Source: Eledone cirrhosa (taxonomy: Eukaryota). Taken from it: 64,000 nt of DNA. The DNA lies in contig OZ024745.1 in the NCBI GenBank assembly GCA_964016885.1, positions 64,170,001 through 64,234,000 on the forward strand. Direction: 5' to 3'. The notes under the pieces were generated by a model, which saw only the letters and a list, made by a program, of their open reading frames with translations, ran no database searches and had not been told where the DNA came from. This document shows positions 1 through 12,673 of this stretch, piece after piece; positions within the stretch are counted from its first letter, which is position 1; the number at the start of each line of letters is the position of its first letter. The position numbers were made by a program, and so were the translations under genes.

Positions 1-1480
1 CATGCAAATGTGGGAAATAGGTGTCAAATGATAGTTATGATTATAAGATACGTTTCTTCAGTTTACTATTTTATTAAATATGTGTAAAAAGCAAATCTCC
101 TTGTTGATATGTGTTAGTTTGGGAGGCTACGGCTACTATCATGATGTATTAGACATAGATATGTAACACATGGGAACTAATGTTTTTCTGGTCATGCCCA
201 TGGCATGTAAACTAAACCTACCAAATACTCTTTAGTGCTGAACCATACAGCTTTGTAGTACTTAGATATTGCCAGGTTGACTGAAGTTGTTGAAATTTCA
301 GTGGTTTAGATGTAATATATATATATAGCACAGCATTGATTACAGAATGTCAACTTCTGACTCTTTAGCTGGTTCATTTAATTGTTGATCCATTTCAAAA
401 TGAATTTTGAATAGTGGAAATGTACTACTGGCTATCCTATATCAAATAATTGTTTCTACTTTTGGCACAAGGCCATCAATTACCCATAATTTTTCAGCTA
501 TTGATGTGTAATTGAATACAAATGTCTGTTTCACTTTTGATTTCTCTGACTGGTTTCAAACATTGTTGGGAATTTATTTAGAGATGACTCATTTGCCTTT
601 TTCAGTTCATGGAGAAATGTAGCGTATAGTTCTTTCGTCACAACAAATAAAGATTTCAGTAAATTGGTAAATCCAATTTTCATAAATAGTGCTCTGCTGG
701 CAGCTAGGTCAATCAATTATTTATTGATGTATTAAGTAAAGGATTTTGTATAGTGGTGAAATTATGGAAAAAAAGAGATTTGTGTATGTGTACCGTGTAT
801 TCAACTCCACATTGCAACAATAGCGAACATCTTGTACTTTTTGAGAGGGTTCAACTATAATACATTTCCATTACATTTAACTGATTGTTGTTGTTGTTGG
901 TTAGCTGAAACTGAACTAAAAACGATACACACACTTAATGAAATAAGCCATCTTTCTAGCACAAAAAATTGTAGTCAAATATATTGACCAAAGTCTTATA
1001 AAGGTTGATATTTCATTAAGGCAATTATTTTTGATATTTCATACAGTTTCATTGCAATTTTTCCACATTTACTAAAACATTCTAATTCGTTCATTATTTT
1101 AAGAATATTCTTTTTTTTTTTTTTTTTTTTTTTGTTGCTGTTAAATTTGAACTCCATTGTCCAAGTCACACCGACTCATTCACACAATTCTGATGCTATC
1201 AAACTCACATACACACACACTCTGATACATTCATTTGTAATTCAAGTATTCATTTACTTTCATTCATTCATTTATTTATTCATACCCTGCCACATCATCA
1301 TTCAATTTTGTTTTATGTAACATCAGTTATATTCATTCATTCCTTGTTATTTTGTTTATATTCCTTCTTTCACTTATTTTCCACCATATCGACCACATTT
1401 GCCTCTTCATTCATTTGCTTCATCAATCATATTCATTGATTGAATTATTTTTCACCGTATCAATCATATTTGCTAAATCA

Positions 1481-1840
1481 CTTGTAATGGGGTTCCTTCG
1501 AAGTGTGTTTTGAGTAACATTACTTGATAGAATGTGTAGCTCGGAGATCAGAGAGTCACTCCAGGTAGAACCACTACTTCTCTGAATTGAGAGATCACAG
1601 CTCCGATAGTATGGGCATGTGGTTAGAATGTCTCGGGGGAAAGATCGCTCAGCAGGAGATCCAAGAGTAGACCGCAAGCAAGATGGTTGGTTAATATGCA
1701 TAAGCTTGGCTGGTCTCGCTTGGGGATCCAGCTGGATCAATTGAAGATGGTTGCTTCTGACAGGATCTGCTGGAAGGAGTGTTTAAGGACTCTGTTCCTA
1801 TGACCCTCTCAGGAATAAGGGGTGAAGAAGAGGAGAAAAG
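1481..1840 (+). mobile_element. RTE-clade LINE 3' remnant in alpha-catenin intron
   Basis: Degenerate translation GFLR..TLLDRMCSSEIRESLQVEPLLL*IERSQLR*YGHVVRM, typical of the RTE C-terminus. Same family as the minus-strand copy at the window end. Confidence 0.7.
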
Positions 1841-2066
1841 AGACTTGTATCTTCAGCCAATCATTTTCTCATTTGTTGTTGCTGCTCTTATAACAATTAT
1901 TCATTCACTTATTTCATACATACTCATTCATTGTCATATTTAACACAGTCATCAATTTTATTACTCACTGTCTATTTTTCTCTCTTTAATCCGGGTGGTT
2001 AATTTTCATCATCCCTTCTATCAGAATTATTCATTTTACTCCATGTCTTGTCTCTCTCTAATCCAG

Positions 2067-2159
2067 GTGGCAAATCTTGCCTGTTCAATGTCAAGCAATG
2101 AAGAAGGTGTCAAGATGGTTCGTATTGCTGCTGCCGAAATAGAAAGTCTCTGCCCCCAG
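2067..2159 (+). CDS. CTNNA: alpha-catenin exon (first visible), VANLACSMSSNEEGVKMVRIAAAEIESLCPQ
   Basis: ccag/GTG acceptor, CAG/gtaact donor, 93 nt, phase 0-0. Matches the alpha-catenin M domain. Confidence 0.95.
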
Positions 2160-2285
2160 GTAACTATTATTAATTAATCAACCTTTTTGCTTTTGTTGTT
2201 TTTATGCTTACCTGGTTAGTTCTCTCAAAGACAGATAGATGTCAGTCAATGTTATAGGTAATTAACACTCTCTTTTATATTATAG

Positions 2286-2442
2286 GTGATTAATGCTGCA
2301 AGAATCTTGGCAGCCCGTCCACGTTCCAAAGTGGCCCAAGAAAACATGGATACCTTTAAAAGTGCATGGGTGAAGCAAGTTCAGCTCCTTACTGAAGCTG
2401 TTGATGATATTACTACTATTGATGACTTTTTAGCTGTATCAG
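2286..2442 (+). CDS. CTNNA: alpha-catenin exon, VINAARILAARPRSKVAQENMDTFKSAWVKQVQLLTEAVDDITTIDDFLAVS
   Basis: atag/GTG acceptor, G/gtaatt donor, 157 nt, phase 0-1. Not in the ORF track; translated by hand. Confidence 0.95.
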
Positions 2443-2575
2443 GTAATTAACACATGCTTCTACTATTTTGTCTCATCACTTCATGTATATGTGTTTTAGT
2501 GTGTTGTGTTTTATGATTTTATATATTATTTATATCATTAATATGAAAAATTTCTATTTATGATTTCTATTTCAG

Positions 2576-2776
2576 AAAACCATATCTTAGAAGATGTGAA
2601 CAAATGTGTTATTGCATTACAAGACAAAGATGCTGATACTTTAGATAGAACAGCTGGTGCCATTCGAGGACGGGCATCTCGTGTGACCAATGTTGTTGTT
2701 GCTGAAATGGATAACTATGAGCCTGGACGTTATGTTGACAATGTAATGTCTTATGTTAAGCTGTTAAGAGACCAAG
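2576..2776 (+). CDS. CTNNA: alpha-catenin exon, ENHILEDVNKCVIALQ...VKLLRDQ
   Basis: ttcag acceptor, gttagt donor, 201 nt, phase 1-1. Within ORF 2560..2781. Confidence 0.95.
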
Positions 2777-3179
2777 GTTAGTTGTATTTTACATCTATCT
2801 ATCAATCTGACTCTCTACTCATCCACTTGTCTCCAGGAAGATGAGAATCTGATGAAAGAGAACTAGTGAAGTGTGAGACAGTAAAGTGTATGTGAGTGAG
2901 AGAGAGAGCTACATAATAGTTGGTAAGGAAATTCAATAGAAACAGATGGAGTGGTATGATAGGGAAAATATTTATTCTTACCACATATACATTAGTGGGA
3001 ATTTGAACACAGAACCAACAGTAAAAGTCTAATTAATGCAAAATATTTTTTCCACTGATGTTGTAATGGTCCCACTAATCTACCATCCTCTCACCCTCAT
3101 CTCCATAATACCATCAATGTGATGGTAGCAGTGATTATGATGATAATTTATTATTATTGTTTTTTTTTCACCACAGAAA

Positions 3180-3290
3180 AAGAGCCTCTATGTGGTCACT
3201 CATCCTGCTAGAAATATTAGTCACATTTTCCTTAAACCACATACCTTAAAAAGATGTTAATACATAATACTAATATATCTTGATTCATCC
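3180..3290 (+). repeat. Fragment of a dispersed repeat family ending in (CAA)n (motif cctgctagaaat..gccaaatctccctcaaatcacac)
   Basis: Related copies at about 6100-6300, 6310-6725, 13940-14110, 39700-39830, 60500-60720, 61450-61640 (minus) and 63170-63370. Confidence 0.55.
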
Positions 3291-3558
3291 ACACACACAC
3301 ACTCTCACACTAATTTATTCCAACCATCTACATAATCATGTATACACAAATGTCACCATGTATACATACGTTTATTACATATTGACACATGCATTCAACA
3401 TAAACACAATTTTAGCTGAATTAAGCCATAAAATATAATTAGCCATCTTAAAAATTGTCGTTAAGTCTGATTAATTATCTAGAGGGCATTTTCATTATAA
3501 TTAATTAAATTTTTTAGTTAAGATTTTTATTATTTTCATTATTATTGTAAGATTTTAG

Positions 3559-3750
3559 GGGTGGTGGATTGGCAGTATCGGTAGGTCGTACACCATGCTT
3601 TGCAGCATAGTTACGCCCCTTTATGGTCTGAGTTCAAATCCTGCTGAGGTTAACTTTGCCTTTCATCCTTATGGGGTCAATAAAATGAAGTACCAGTAAT
3701 GCACTGGAATAATTGCTTGCCTTGTGCCAAAAGTAAAAACAATTATTAGA
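3559..3750 (+). mobile_element. tRNA-derived SINE with a conserved core (ttaactttgcctttcatcctt..ggggtc.ataaaa..aagtaccag)
   Basis: A-box/B-box-like head (tggcagtatcggtag...gagttcaaatcc) and (ATT) tail. Many copies in the window. The core resembles Meta/MESC-type SINE domains from memory, unverified. Confidence 0.75.
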
Positions 3751-3839
3751 TTTTAGATTCTTTTAAAAATCAATTTTCTGCTTGGCTTATTAAGTTAATT
3801 GTAATCTTTGTGTGTTTTTGTTAATTTTACTTCTTGTAG

Positions 3840-3988
3840 TGATGCCTAATTTTGCTCAGAAAGTCGAAGTAACTGTGAATTCTCTGAGTTCCTCATCGAA
3901 AGAAATTGAGGAAAATGAATTCATTGATGCCAGCCGCCTTGTTTATGACGGTGTTCGAGATATTCGGCAATCAGTATTACTTAGCAGA
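3840..3988 (+). CDS. CTNNA: alpha-catenin exon, VMPNFAQKVEV...ENEFIDASRLVYDGVRDIRQSVLLSR
   Basis: tgtag acceptor, gtaagt donor, 149 nt, phase 1-0. Confidence 0.95.
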
Positions 3989-4048
3989 GTAAGTTTTTTG
4001 CATTATATATTGTACTATGACCCCACATCTTGCTCATATGGATCTGTC

Positions 4049-4099
<51 letters not shown>

Positions 4100-4435
4100 T
4101 GGGAGACATGCTGGCATGGAGGATGGACGTTGGATGATAATGATATATATATATCATCATCATCATCATTTAGCATCCATCTTCCATGCTGGCATGAGTT
4201 GTATGCAGTTGTCCCCCAGTATTAGCGGGGGTTACACTCCTAGAGCATCCAAGAAAAGTGAAAAACCGCCAATATTGGACATGGTTCATAAAAATATAAC
4301 GTAAAATAAAATAAATTTAAAAAAAGGGAACGTCTTATGCGATGGGACGTCCATAAAAAAATTGCAGAAGATATTTACGAGTCCACAAATAGGCATTGGT
4401 TTCCATGAACAATTGTATATATATATATATAAATA

Positions 4436-4670
4436 AAAAAGCACAGTCCACGTTATAATGTGGTTGTGTAGGTAACACGGTAAAAAAACTCCCAGTCCAC
4501 ACTGTAAATGTGGTTGGTGTTAGGAAGGGCATCCAGCCGTAGAAAATCTGCCAGATAGTCCTATATGAGCGAGACACGGTCACCCGACCAATCTTGCCTC
4601 AAATGGGACAATTCCCGTCTAACTCATGCTAGCGTGGAAGATAGACGTTAAACGATGATGATGATGATGA
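4436..4670 (+). mobile_element. RTE 3'-end-derived repeat with (GAT)n tail
   Basis: Closely matches the 3' UTR of the RTE LINE at 34310-34541. Other copies at about 4840-5040, 7150-7330(-), 8000-8225, 8226-8331(-), 9830-9990(-), 15390-15715, 15840-16045 and 17900-18040. Confidence 0.8.
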
Positions 4671-5327
4671 CTATGCTCTGACGTAATGAAAAATCTTCTG
4701 ACAATTGTATTGATGAAGCTTGTTGTACAGTGTTTCCAGTTGAGGGTTTATAGATAAATCTGGTATGTCCTTTCTAGATGGCATTAGACTTATGTTGAGT
4801 CAAGCATATGACAACATCTCTAGTGTTGCTGGTACTGTAAAATGCACCCAGTACACTCTCTAGAGTTGTTGGTGTTAGGAAGGCCATTTAGCTGTAGAAA
4901 ACATGCCAAAATTAAAATGTAAGTAAGCAAAGGGAGGCCCCTGGTCTGTCTGGGAGGACAGTATCTTTAAGCACTAGATTTGTCTGTGACGAGTTCAAAC
5001 CACGTCAGTAAGAAAAAAACATGTTAAATGATTTTGATGATATTTCTCAGCGTACTACTATGATCTGGGAGTGTCTACTGACTTACCCATCCTGTGATGT
5101 GGGAAATATCACATCATAAACCAGTCAACAACAATAATTATGAATATAATAATAGAACTAATGTCGAGGAGCAGGCACAGTATGAAGTTTTTTGCTATCG
5201 CTCTTTATGACAACTGAAAAACACAAATGACGTCACATGTTGTATGACAGACCATCATCTTGTTTTTTAAGTGTTGGTGTCACAATTGTAGAGTACTATC
5301 TCCTGCCAGTATGGAAAAAATATATAT

Positions 5328-5501
5328 ATCCGAACTAACCCACCAGTATACGGCTAGGTTAGTTCGGATCTAGCTGTCGAAACGGCCAGAGCTCAGCCGT
5401 CGGGGTCCTGACTCTTATTCCTATTACCCACTCTACTACCCTAGTATTGAGTACTCTGGTGCATTATGGTCCACCTGATTTGTTACCACACTTTCTTTGT
5501 T
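5328..5501 (+). mobile_element. (TA)n-flanked non-coding element with the 3' half of a hammerhead ribozyme (family shared with 47178-47362)
   Basis: Stem II cggctag/ctagctg, GAAA 5379-5382, stem III ACGGC..GCCGT, GTC 5399-5401. A 13-nt inverted piece sits at the 5' end. Confidence 0.65.
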
Positions 5502-5652
5502 ATATATAATATATTTTAAGTAGATTTATAAATTATGTTTTACAAGTCTATTTGAAATTTGTAAATCTTTTCCAGAAAGTTTACATTTGCACCAAAGATA
5601 ATACTGACAACAATAACAATTCTTTCCATGTTTTTATATTATTATCATTTAG

Positions 5653-5713
5653 AATCATGAAGAAATTGATTCTGATACTGAAATCGAATTTGAAGATGAT
5701 ACCAAGAGTAAAT
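5653..5713 (+). CDS. CTNNA: alpha-catenin exon, acidic linker NHEEIDSDTEIEFEDDTKSK
   Basis: tttag acceptor, T/gtaaga donor, 61 nt, phase 0-1. Bridges the neighbouring exons in frame and corresponds to the phospho-linker. Confidence 0.9.
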
Positions 5714-6475
5714 GTAAGATTTAAAATATTGCTCTATTTTCTCTTTTAGGTTTTCTGTATGTGTGTCTGTTTAGGGTTTCTTTCTTCTTATTGCAAATAC
5801 TTTTACCTTATATGTCATCAGATAAGACAACTGGATTTATGATTTAGGTTCAATTTAGCCTCCTGTCAACCACCATTCATGCTAACATCTTACTATGAAC
5901 TATAGGAACAGAAGTGAATAACCCTATGTCCTCTTGCTTTGAAGTACAATAACATTTACCAGCACTGAAATAGTCTGTTTAAATATATATGGCTACTTAA
6001 AAAAAAAAGGTTTTCTCTGTTTTTGTTAAAATATAGATTTTCTCATCCAAATGAGGAATGAAAATAAGATGGCAGTAACTAAAGCAGTTATGTTAGGAAA
6101 GGACCTGTATGTGCTTGCTTAACCTACTAGTTATAGTAGTCAAATCTTCCTCAAATTATACTGGACCATTCTAAAGATAGTCATTGGATTGTATTTCTAG
6201 ATATGTTATGTCTGATAATAATAATTGGATGGTTATGACTAGACTATCATTGATAATCTTGTGTATCAGGATTGATCTTGAACTAAACAACAACAATAGT
6301 CAAGCCTACAAGGGTGAGTGTGTGGTCATTTGATCTACAAGTATCATAGCTGACACTCCTTTGAATCACAACCCATTATCTTTGAAAAAAGATTAGACAA
6401 TGTAATCCTAGACACTGCCAAACATAGACAATGTAATCATAATTGTGATGCCTTTGATAATAGTTGCTTGTTTAA

Positions 6476-6694
6476 CCCTTTAATGTTCAAACTGGCCAAA
6501 ACCGGTCAGAATTCTCTACCTTTTTCTGTTGAAACTGGCTGTAACTGGTCACTCAAACTGATGTTAAGGTATTGTTCTCAAAATAAATACTTTCAAAATC
6601 TCATAGATTCGATATTATGAGAGATATTATGTGAGGTAAAGCCTTTACCATGAAAATATAATAGTGTATATAGAGTAATGTGAACGCTAAAGGG
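6476..6694. mobile_element. piggyBac-type MITE nested in a (CAA)n-tailed repeat
   Basis: TTAA on both sides; termini CCCTTTAATGTTCA ... TGAACGCTAAAGGG. Confidence 0.75.
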
Positions 6695-6840
6695 TTAAGA
6701 TTGATCTTGGGCTTAACAACAACAGTTATTGGTTCAGACATTAAGTTAGGTTAATGTGACTAAAGTTACATTTGAATGTATTTAATTAAGTTTTTTAATT
6801 GAATTAATTCAATTTTTTTATTTATTCATACATTTTACAG

Positions 6841-7066
6841 CAAGTTTCATAACCGAACAAGATTATAACAGCAAGAGTGACCGTGCTATAATGAGGGATC
6901 TTCCAGAGGCTGAAAAACTTAAAATTCAACAACAGGTTGATGACTTCCGAAAAGCAAAGGCAAAATTAGACCGTGAAGTAGCAAAATGGGATGACAGTGG
7001 CAATGACATTATTGTTCTTGCTAAACAGATGTGTATGATAATGATGGAAATGACAGATTTCACCAG
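6841..7066 (+). CDS. CTNNA: alpha-catenin exon, SSFITEQD...AKWDDSGNDIIVLAKQMCMIMMEMTDFTR
   Basis: ttacag acceptor, AG/gttagt donor, 226 nt, phase 1-2. Actin-binding domain signature. Confidence 0.97.
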
Positions 7067-8439
7067 GTTAGTCTTATTTCTAAAATATTGCAAATTCAAA
7101 GAAAAAAGGTTGTTGTGCACTTGACACATCTAAAGTAACTTATTGACACTATTTTGGTATGGTTTCTGAAGCTGGATGCCTTTCTAATCACCAGACGCCT
7201 TACATGGTATACAGGGTGCAGTATTCTTGACAGCAGTACTAGAGTGGGTGTCATGACTGATGTGCCCTCTACACTCTTTGTGGCATGGTTTCTGCAGCAG
7301 GCAGCCTTTTCTAGCAACATCCTCTTTAAGGCATGTACTGGGTGTATTTTATCCTGTCACTAGCTCTAGGGAGATTGTTAATCATTAACTCAACAGAAGA
7401 GCCCTCTCTACTCTGAAGGGAGGAATATATGTCGGGGAGGTAAGAAGGATGATAAATATGTGACAGTAGGTGGGAGGGGAAATGACAAGTATGTCATGGG
7501 TGTATGGCAAGTGTGGTGGAATTTAGCAGGGTGGTGATTGGGGAGGCAAGAGGTGCTCTCCAGTAGAGTTGGGTGGGTAGTGTGTGACTAAATGGAGTGT
7601 TAGGATTTAAGAGGTATTAAATAGTGTCCAGTGATTGTAAGAATAGATCCTCAGGAGTGATAGTGGGTACAACTGTGGAGAAGAATGGGTAGAAAGAAAT
7701 TTATTTCTGTTACATGGACCATGGTTTTGACTACACCTTATTAGAACAAGGTCCTTTCAGCAGATCTTTTGTAATTTAACCATTGATCATATGAGCACAG
7801 ACATGGTTGTGGAATTATAAAGGTTGATACAGCACCTTGTTGTTTCAAGTTTAATTTTACTTTTTGGTACCATGGGCAAGTTCTGTCCCCTTATTACCCC
7901 TAGCTGATTAGTGCCTTGTAAGTGAATTTGGTACATGGAAACTGCTAGGAAGTTAGTTGTGTATGTGTATGATGGTAGTGTCGTTTCTGGTGCCATGACA
8001 AAAAGCGCCCAGTACACTCTGTAAATTGGTTGCGTAGGTGTCACGATAAAAACCACCCAGTTCACACTGTAAATGTGGTTGGCATGAGGAATGGCATCCA
8101 GCTGCAGAAACCAAACCAAAATCTATCCAGTGAGAGCTGGAGACAGTCATCTGCTCTGGACAACTCGTTTAACCTCTGCTAGCATGGAAAAATGGATGTT
8201 AAACAGTGATGATGATGATGATGATCATCATCATCATCGTTTAACGTCTATCTTCCACGCTAGCATGGGTTTATACGGGAATTGTCCCACTTGAGGCAAG
8301 ATTGGTCGGGAGACCGTGTCTCGCTCATATATACGAGGTATAATGCAATAGAAAAATGGATCAAAAAGAAAAGAAAAAAAATCATTTGAATGTAAAAAAG
8401 TAAATTAAATTAGTAATAATCACATCATATATTTCCTAG

Positions 8440-8545
8440 GGGACGTGGACCATTAAAAAGCACAATGGATGTTATTAATGCAGCTAAGAAAATTTCTGAA
8501 GCTGGAACACAAATGGATAGAATGGCAAAAACTATTGCAGATCAG
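8440..8545 (+). CDS. CTNNA: alpha-catenin exon, GRGPLKSTMDVINAAKKISEAGTQMDRMAKTIADQ
   Basis: cctag acceptor, CAG/gtatac donor, 106 nt, phase 2-0. Confidence 0.95.
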
Positions 8546-9599
8546 GTATACTATTTTAAAGTAGAATTATTATTTTTTTTTGCTTCTGTCTTTACATTGG
8601 TAGATATATAGATCTTATTTGTGTGGATTGAATTCAAATACTGTTGGTTCTATACTTATTACCAGCAAGTATCAATTGTTATATAGCTGGTTATCTCTGG
8701 ACTAACTAATCCTCAACATTTTTATTTTTGTGTGGTGTGGTGTTAAATGTTGTAAATGTTGTTTTTGTGGTTATTATTTCACTCATACCTTATTGAATGG
8801 ACCTGTTCAAAGCCATCAGTAGTTTGAGAGGAAGATATGAGCCTATTGTGATGGAAACATCCAGTATTTTGGTCTCGCAAACTACATCTCTTCTAAGTTT
8901 GGTTGGGGTAGTGACAGTCATCTGTAGGAATGAACCCTGCTAGGTGTTAATGACTTTTTCAGTGCATTCCCTTACCATTCTTTGTGGAAATACATTTATT
9001 TAGGTGTCTAGTCGGCTGGGTTGTTTTTTTTTATTATTTCTTATTCTTCTGAATAATCTATTGGAAATGTTTTGATTTGTTTAATTAATTTATATATTCA
9101 TATTCTGTTTAAAACATCTTCCCTTCCATTCTCTTGTTCTAACCAATTGTTTACTGGTCATAATAGGTCCCATTTATTTTGATAAAATATTTCTTTTTTT
9201 GTTATTTTCAAGAATATCATTTTGACAAAATCTTTTCTTGCTGTAAAATTTAATTACACAAGAGTTTATAATTGTTAAACCATATAATGTTTTCATTATA
9301 TATTGAAGAAATAAAATTAAAAATGTAACCTCTTTTATTGCATTGAAATAATTACTTGAAATAATGTTGAGAAAATCAATACAATAAGGAATAATACTGA
9401 AGAAATAGCATTCTTTATTGATATTAATTTTTTTTTTCATATTTTATTTTAAATTCACAGTTTGCTTCCAGTAGTTTCCAGAGTTTTATTTTGATAGTTG
9501 TTTTAAAATTGGATCTAAAAGAATATAACATTTTTTACCTAACACAACTGATAAACTGATATATATCATGATCATTTACATTGAACTATTTACATAGGT

Positions 9600-9815
9600 C
9601 CAGTACAGGTTCTCTACTTGTTGTATGCCTTTGTCATCTCTGAGTTTCAACCTACTGAAATCAGATCTCACCATCTCTGCCCCATTCTTCCTTGGTCTTC
9701 TACTGGATTTACATTCCACTTGGCACATCTTCACCCAGAGATCATCAACCACATGCACCACATGTCCATACCAGTTTAGTTTTCTCTCTTGCACACAGCT
9801 TCTGATTCCTCTTTA
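9600..9815 (-). mobile_element. RTE LINE 3' remnant
   Basis: ORF 9576..9794: QERKLNWYGHVV...RRPRK...VRSD. Confidence 0.65.
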
Positions 9816-10007
9816 TCATCAGCATTGCTTAATGTCTATTTTCCATGTTAGCATGGGTTAGATGTCTTGTTTGAGGCAAGTCAGGTCAGGTTCCTCTGTC
9901 TTGCTCATACAGAACTGTTTCTGGCTAGGTTTCTACGGCTGGATGCCCTTCCTAACACTAACCACATTTACAGTATGAGCTGGGGGATTTATACATATAT
10001 ATATATA

Positions 10008-10509
10008 TTTCGTTTCTGAATTTGTTTAGCAAGATTCTTTATCTGAAAACGTGTGTTGAAACCGATATTGTTATGCTTTTGGGGGGTCATGTTGCCAATA
10101 AGAAACACACGCACCAGTTGCTTTCACTTCAATTTATTATAAATTAAATTAAAAAATTTAGGAACTTATAAATTTCCGGTTGGTTGGTTGGTTCCACAAC
10201 CAGACGATTGTTCATATATTGTCAAAGTTCTTTCGTCACACATTGTGACCTCTTCGGTGACTAGGGATTTTTTTCTTTGTTTTGTGCCTCTCCAAACGAA
10301 ATCCAAAAGGAGAGAAACAAAGAAAAGAATCCCCAGTCACTGAAGAGGTCACAGAATGTGTGACGAAAGAACTTTGACAATATATGAACAATCGTCTGGT
10401 TGTGAAACCAACCAACCAACCGGAAATTTATAAATTTAATTTATAATAAATTGAAGTGAAAGCAACTGGTGCGTGTGTTTCTTATTGGCAACAAGACCCT
10501 CCCAAAGCA

Positions 10510-10513
<4 letters not shown>
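10008..10513. mobile_element. (TA)n-flanked head-to-head inverted repeat element with a hammerhead in each arm
   Basis: Arms 10070-10293 and 10309-10513. A unique extension occupies 10008-10069. Confidence 0.85.
10336..10378 (+). ncRNA. Minimal type I hammerhead ribozyme motif
   Basis: gtca-CTGAAGA-g-gtcaca gaatg tgtgac-GAAA-g aa c-TT-tgac. The mirror copy at 10221-10261(-) has a mutated core, CCGAAGA. Confidence 0.75.
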
Positions 10514-10544
<31 letters not shown>

Positions 10545-10944
10545 CCTTATAGTTATAACTTTTTCGGGAACATTCTTCCTTCTTCTCCTCTACTCTGTCC
10601 CCCAATGCATTGTCTATAAGCCTACAGGACTCCCTCTCTCTCTCAAGTATAAAATGAACCTGTCGGTCGTCAAAATTTCAGAATTCATCAAATCTTCATC
10701 CCTGCTGAAGGGATGTTTGAGAAATGTAATGTATGTACACCATTTTCTTGTCTTGCTCTGTGTTTTACACCGTCCATTTACTTAGAATCCAAATTTCAAT
10801 TTTATTTGATAATTCTATCAGACCCTCAAAAACAATCTTCTTGTATTTAAACTCTGATTACTGTTATAGGTTCGTTTAATAACCTTCTCGAGTACGAAAA
10901 ATCTGGACACTCAAATGACAATGCCAAAGATAAATTCACTTCAT

Positions 10945-12035
10945 GTGGCCAGATGAAAATGCAAGGATTCCTCTTTATTTCAGATGTGGATGGCAAACAT
11001 AACCCCATCTCCCTAACCCATCCCTTCCACCCACCACCTCCAACCCATCCCTTCCACCCACCAAACGAAATCCAAAACTTCAGAGTTGCTACCGTTAATG
11101 TAGGCACTTTAAAAGGTCGCTCTAACGAGGTTGTAGAGATGCTTGAACGTAAGGAAGTTGATACTTATTGAGTCCGAGAGACTAGGTGGAGGGGTGTGTC
11201 TGCTAGATTAATTGTGGGTAAAAAACAATGCTATAAACTTTTCTGGGTGGGAAATGAAAATGGTCTGGGTGGAGTAGGAATTATGTTAGCAGAAAAAGGG
11301 GTAGATAAGGTAATTGATGTAAATAGAGTGAACGACAAAATAATCAAAATAAGACTTGTCCTAAATAGAACTACTGTGACAATAATATCTGTGTATGCAC
11401 CCCAATCTGGACTGCATGGCGTTATAATAGACAGATTCTATGAGTCGCTAATACTCACTACCTCNNNNNNNNNNNNNNNNNNNNNNNNNNNNNNNNNNNN
11501 NNNNNNNNNNNNNNNNNNNNNNNNNNNNNNNNNNNNNNNNNNNNNNNNNNNNNNNNNNNNNNNNNNNNNNNNNNNNNNNNNNNNNNNNNNNNNNNNNNNN
11601 NNNNNNNNNNNNNNNNNNNNNNNNNNNNNNNNNNNNNNNNNNNNNNNNNNNNNNNNNNNNNNNNTACTAAATGAGGAGAATAAGTGGGAAAAAGATAGTC
11701 TACCCCAAATCGATCCAATAGAGGGACCAGCAGTGCAAGCTGAAGGTAGTATAATAAGTAAGGCATTCAAAGATATGAAGACAGGCAAAGCAGCTGGGCC
11801 TTCGGAGATAGTTGCTGAAAGCATCTGGATCGGTGGGACACACTATGGTCTCCCGGATAGTAAACCAAGTCATACAGAATGGGGTCATACCAAATGACTG
11901 GCGTAGAAGCATCATCATTAACTGCTACAAGGGTAAAGGAGATGCCCTAGATAGGCAAAACTATAGAGGCATTAAATTAATTGACCAGGTCATGAAGGTC
12001 ACAGAAAGTTATAGCGCAACTAATCAGAGAGTGAT
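10945..12035 (+). mobile_element. RTE-clade LINE remnant (APE endonuclease and start of RT), interrupted by an assembly gap
   Basis: VATVNVGTL...ETRWRG...GVGIML...IISVYAPQSG and KAAGP...WRRSIIINCYKGKGDALDRQNYRGIKL. Confidence 0.9.
11465..11664. other. Assembly gap (200 N)
   Basis: Run of n. Confidence 1.
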
Positions 12036-12673
12036 TTGATCTACCTTTCATTTCTGCTTATAAAAAAAAAACATTTTAATCACACCAATATTTCTATACC
12101 CATCTTACCCAAGTCTTTATTAACTCATTTGAATATCATATTTCCATTCTTTTTTTTTATTGTTTTCCTTTTCCACTTTTCAAATATATCTCCCTGCATA
12201 ACAATCAAGGAATTCCTCTGCCCATGACATGATGGTCTATGGCAGGAATTAATACACACCATTTGATTTTCATTTCCCATTTCACTATCAAATAGTTTAA
12301 GATTCATCCCAGGGCATATCTATTTCATAATATGTCCACGCTTCTTTCTTTAAATTATGACATACTAAGTTGGATAATGGTGTTACTATTCTTAATTAGT
12401 GACATCTTATTCATATCTATCCATCCACCTGTGTCCTCTTTTCTAGGCTTGCATGCATTGCATAGATTTTAGCATAACCTTCTTCCAGTTGTTGTGTTCC
12501 TTCATTTCCTCTGTGAAATTTTACATTTTGTGATCAGCTCTCAACTCCGCTGTTCTAACCACTTCTGCCTAGGTCTTCCTTGGTCTTCCTCTAATGTATC
12601 ATTATGAAAAATTGACTTGTCAAAAATCAGCTATTAGTTTATTTATCCCTTTTTAATTTTTTCACATTTGTAG

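Noticed and set aside
1975-2005. Near-copy of the exon 2067 acceptor (taatccgggtgg)
   Set aside because: Lacks AG; a short decayed duplication.
3559-3650. tRNA gene
   Set aside because: A/B-box-like head without a cloverleaf; part of a multi-copy SINE.
10070-10513. Palindromes interpreted as ordinary TA-inserting MITEs
   Set aside because: Arms are unequal, with a unique extension on one side. One family also occurs as a single arm (47420). The embedded HHRs point to RNA-mediated insertion.
10697-10730. CTGCTGA...GAAA as a hammerhead
   Set aside because: Core mismatch at A6 and no compatible stems.
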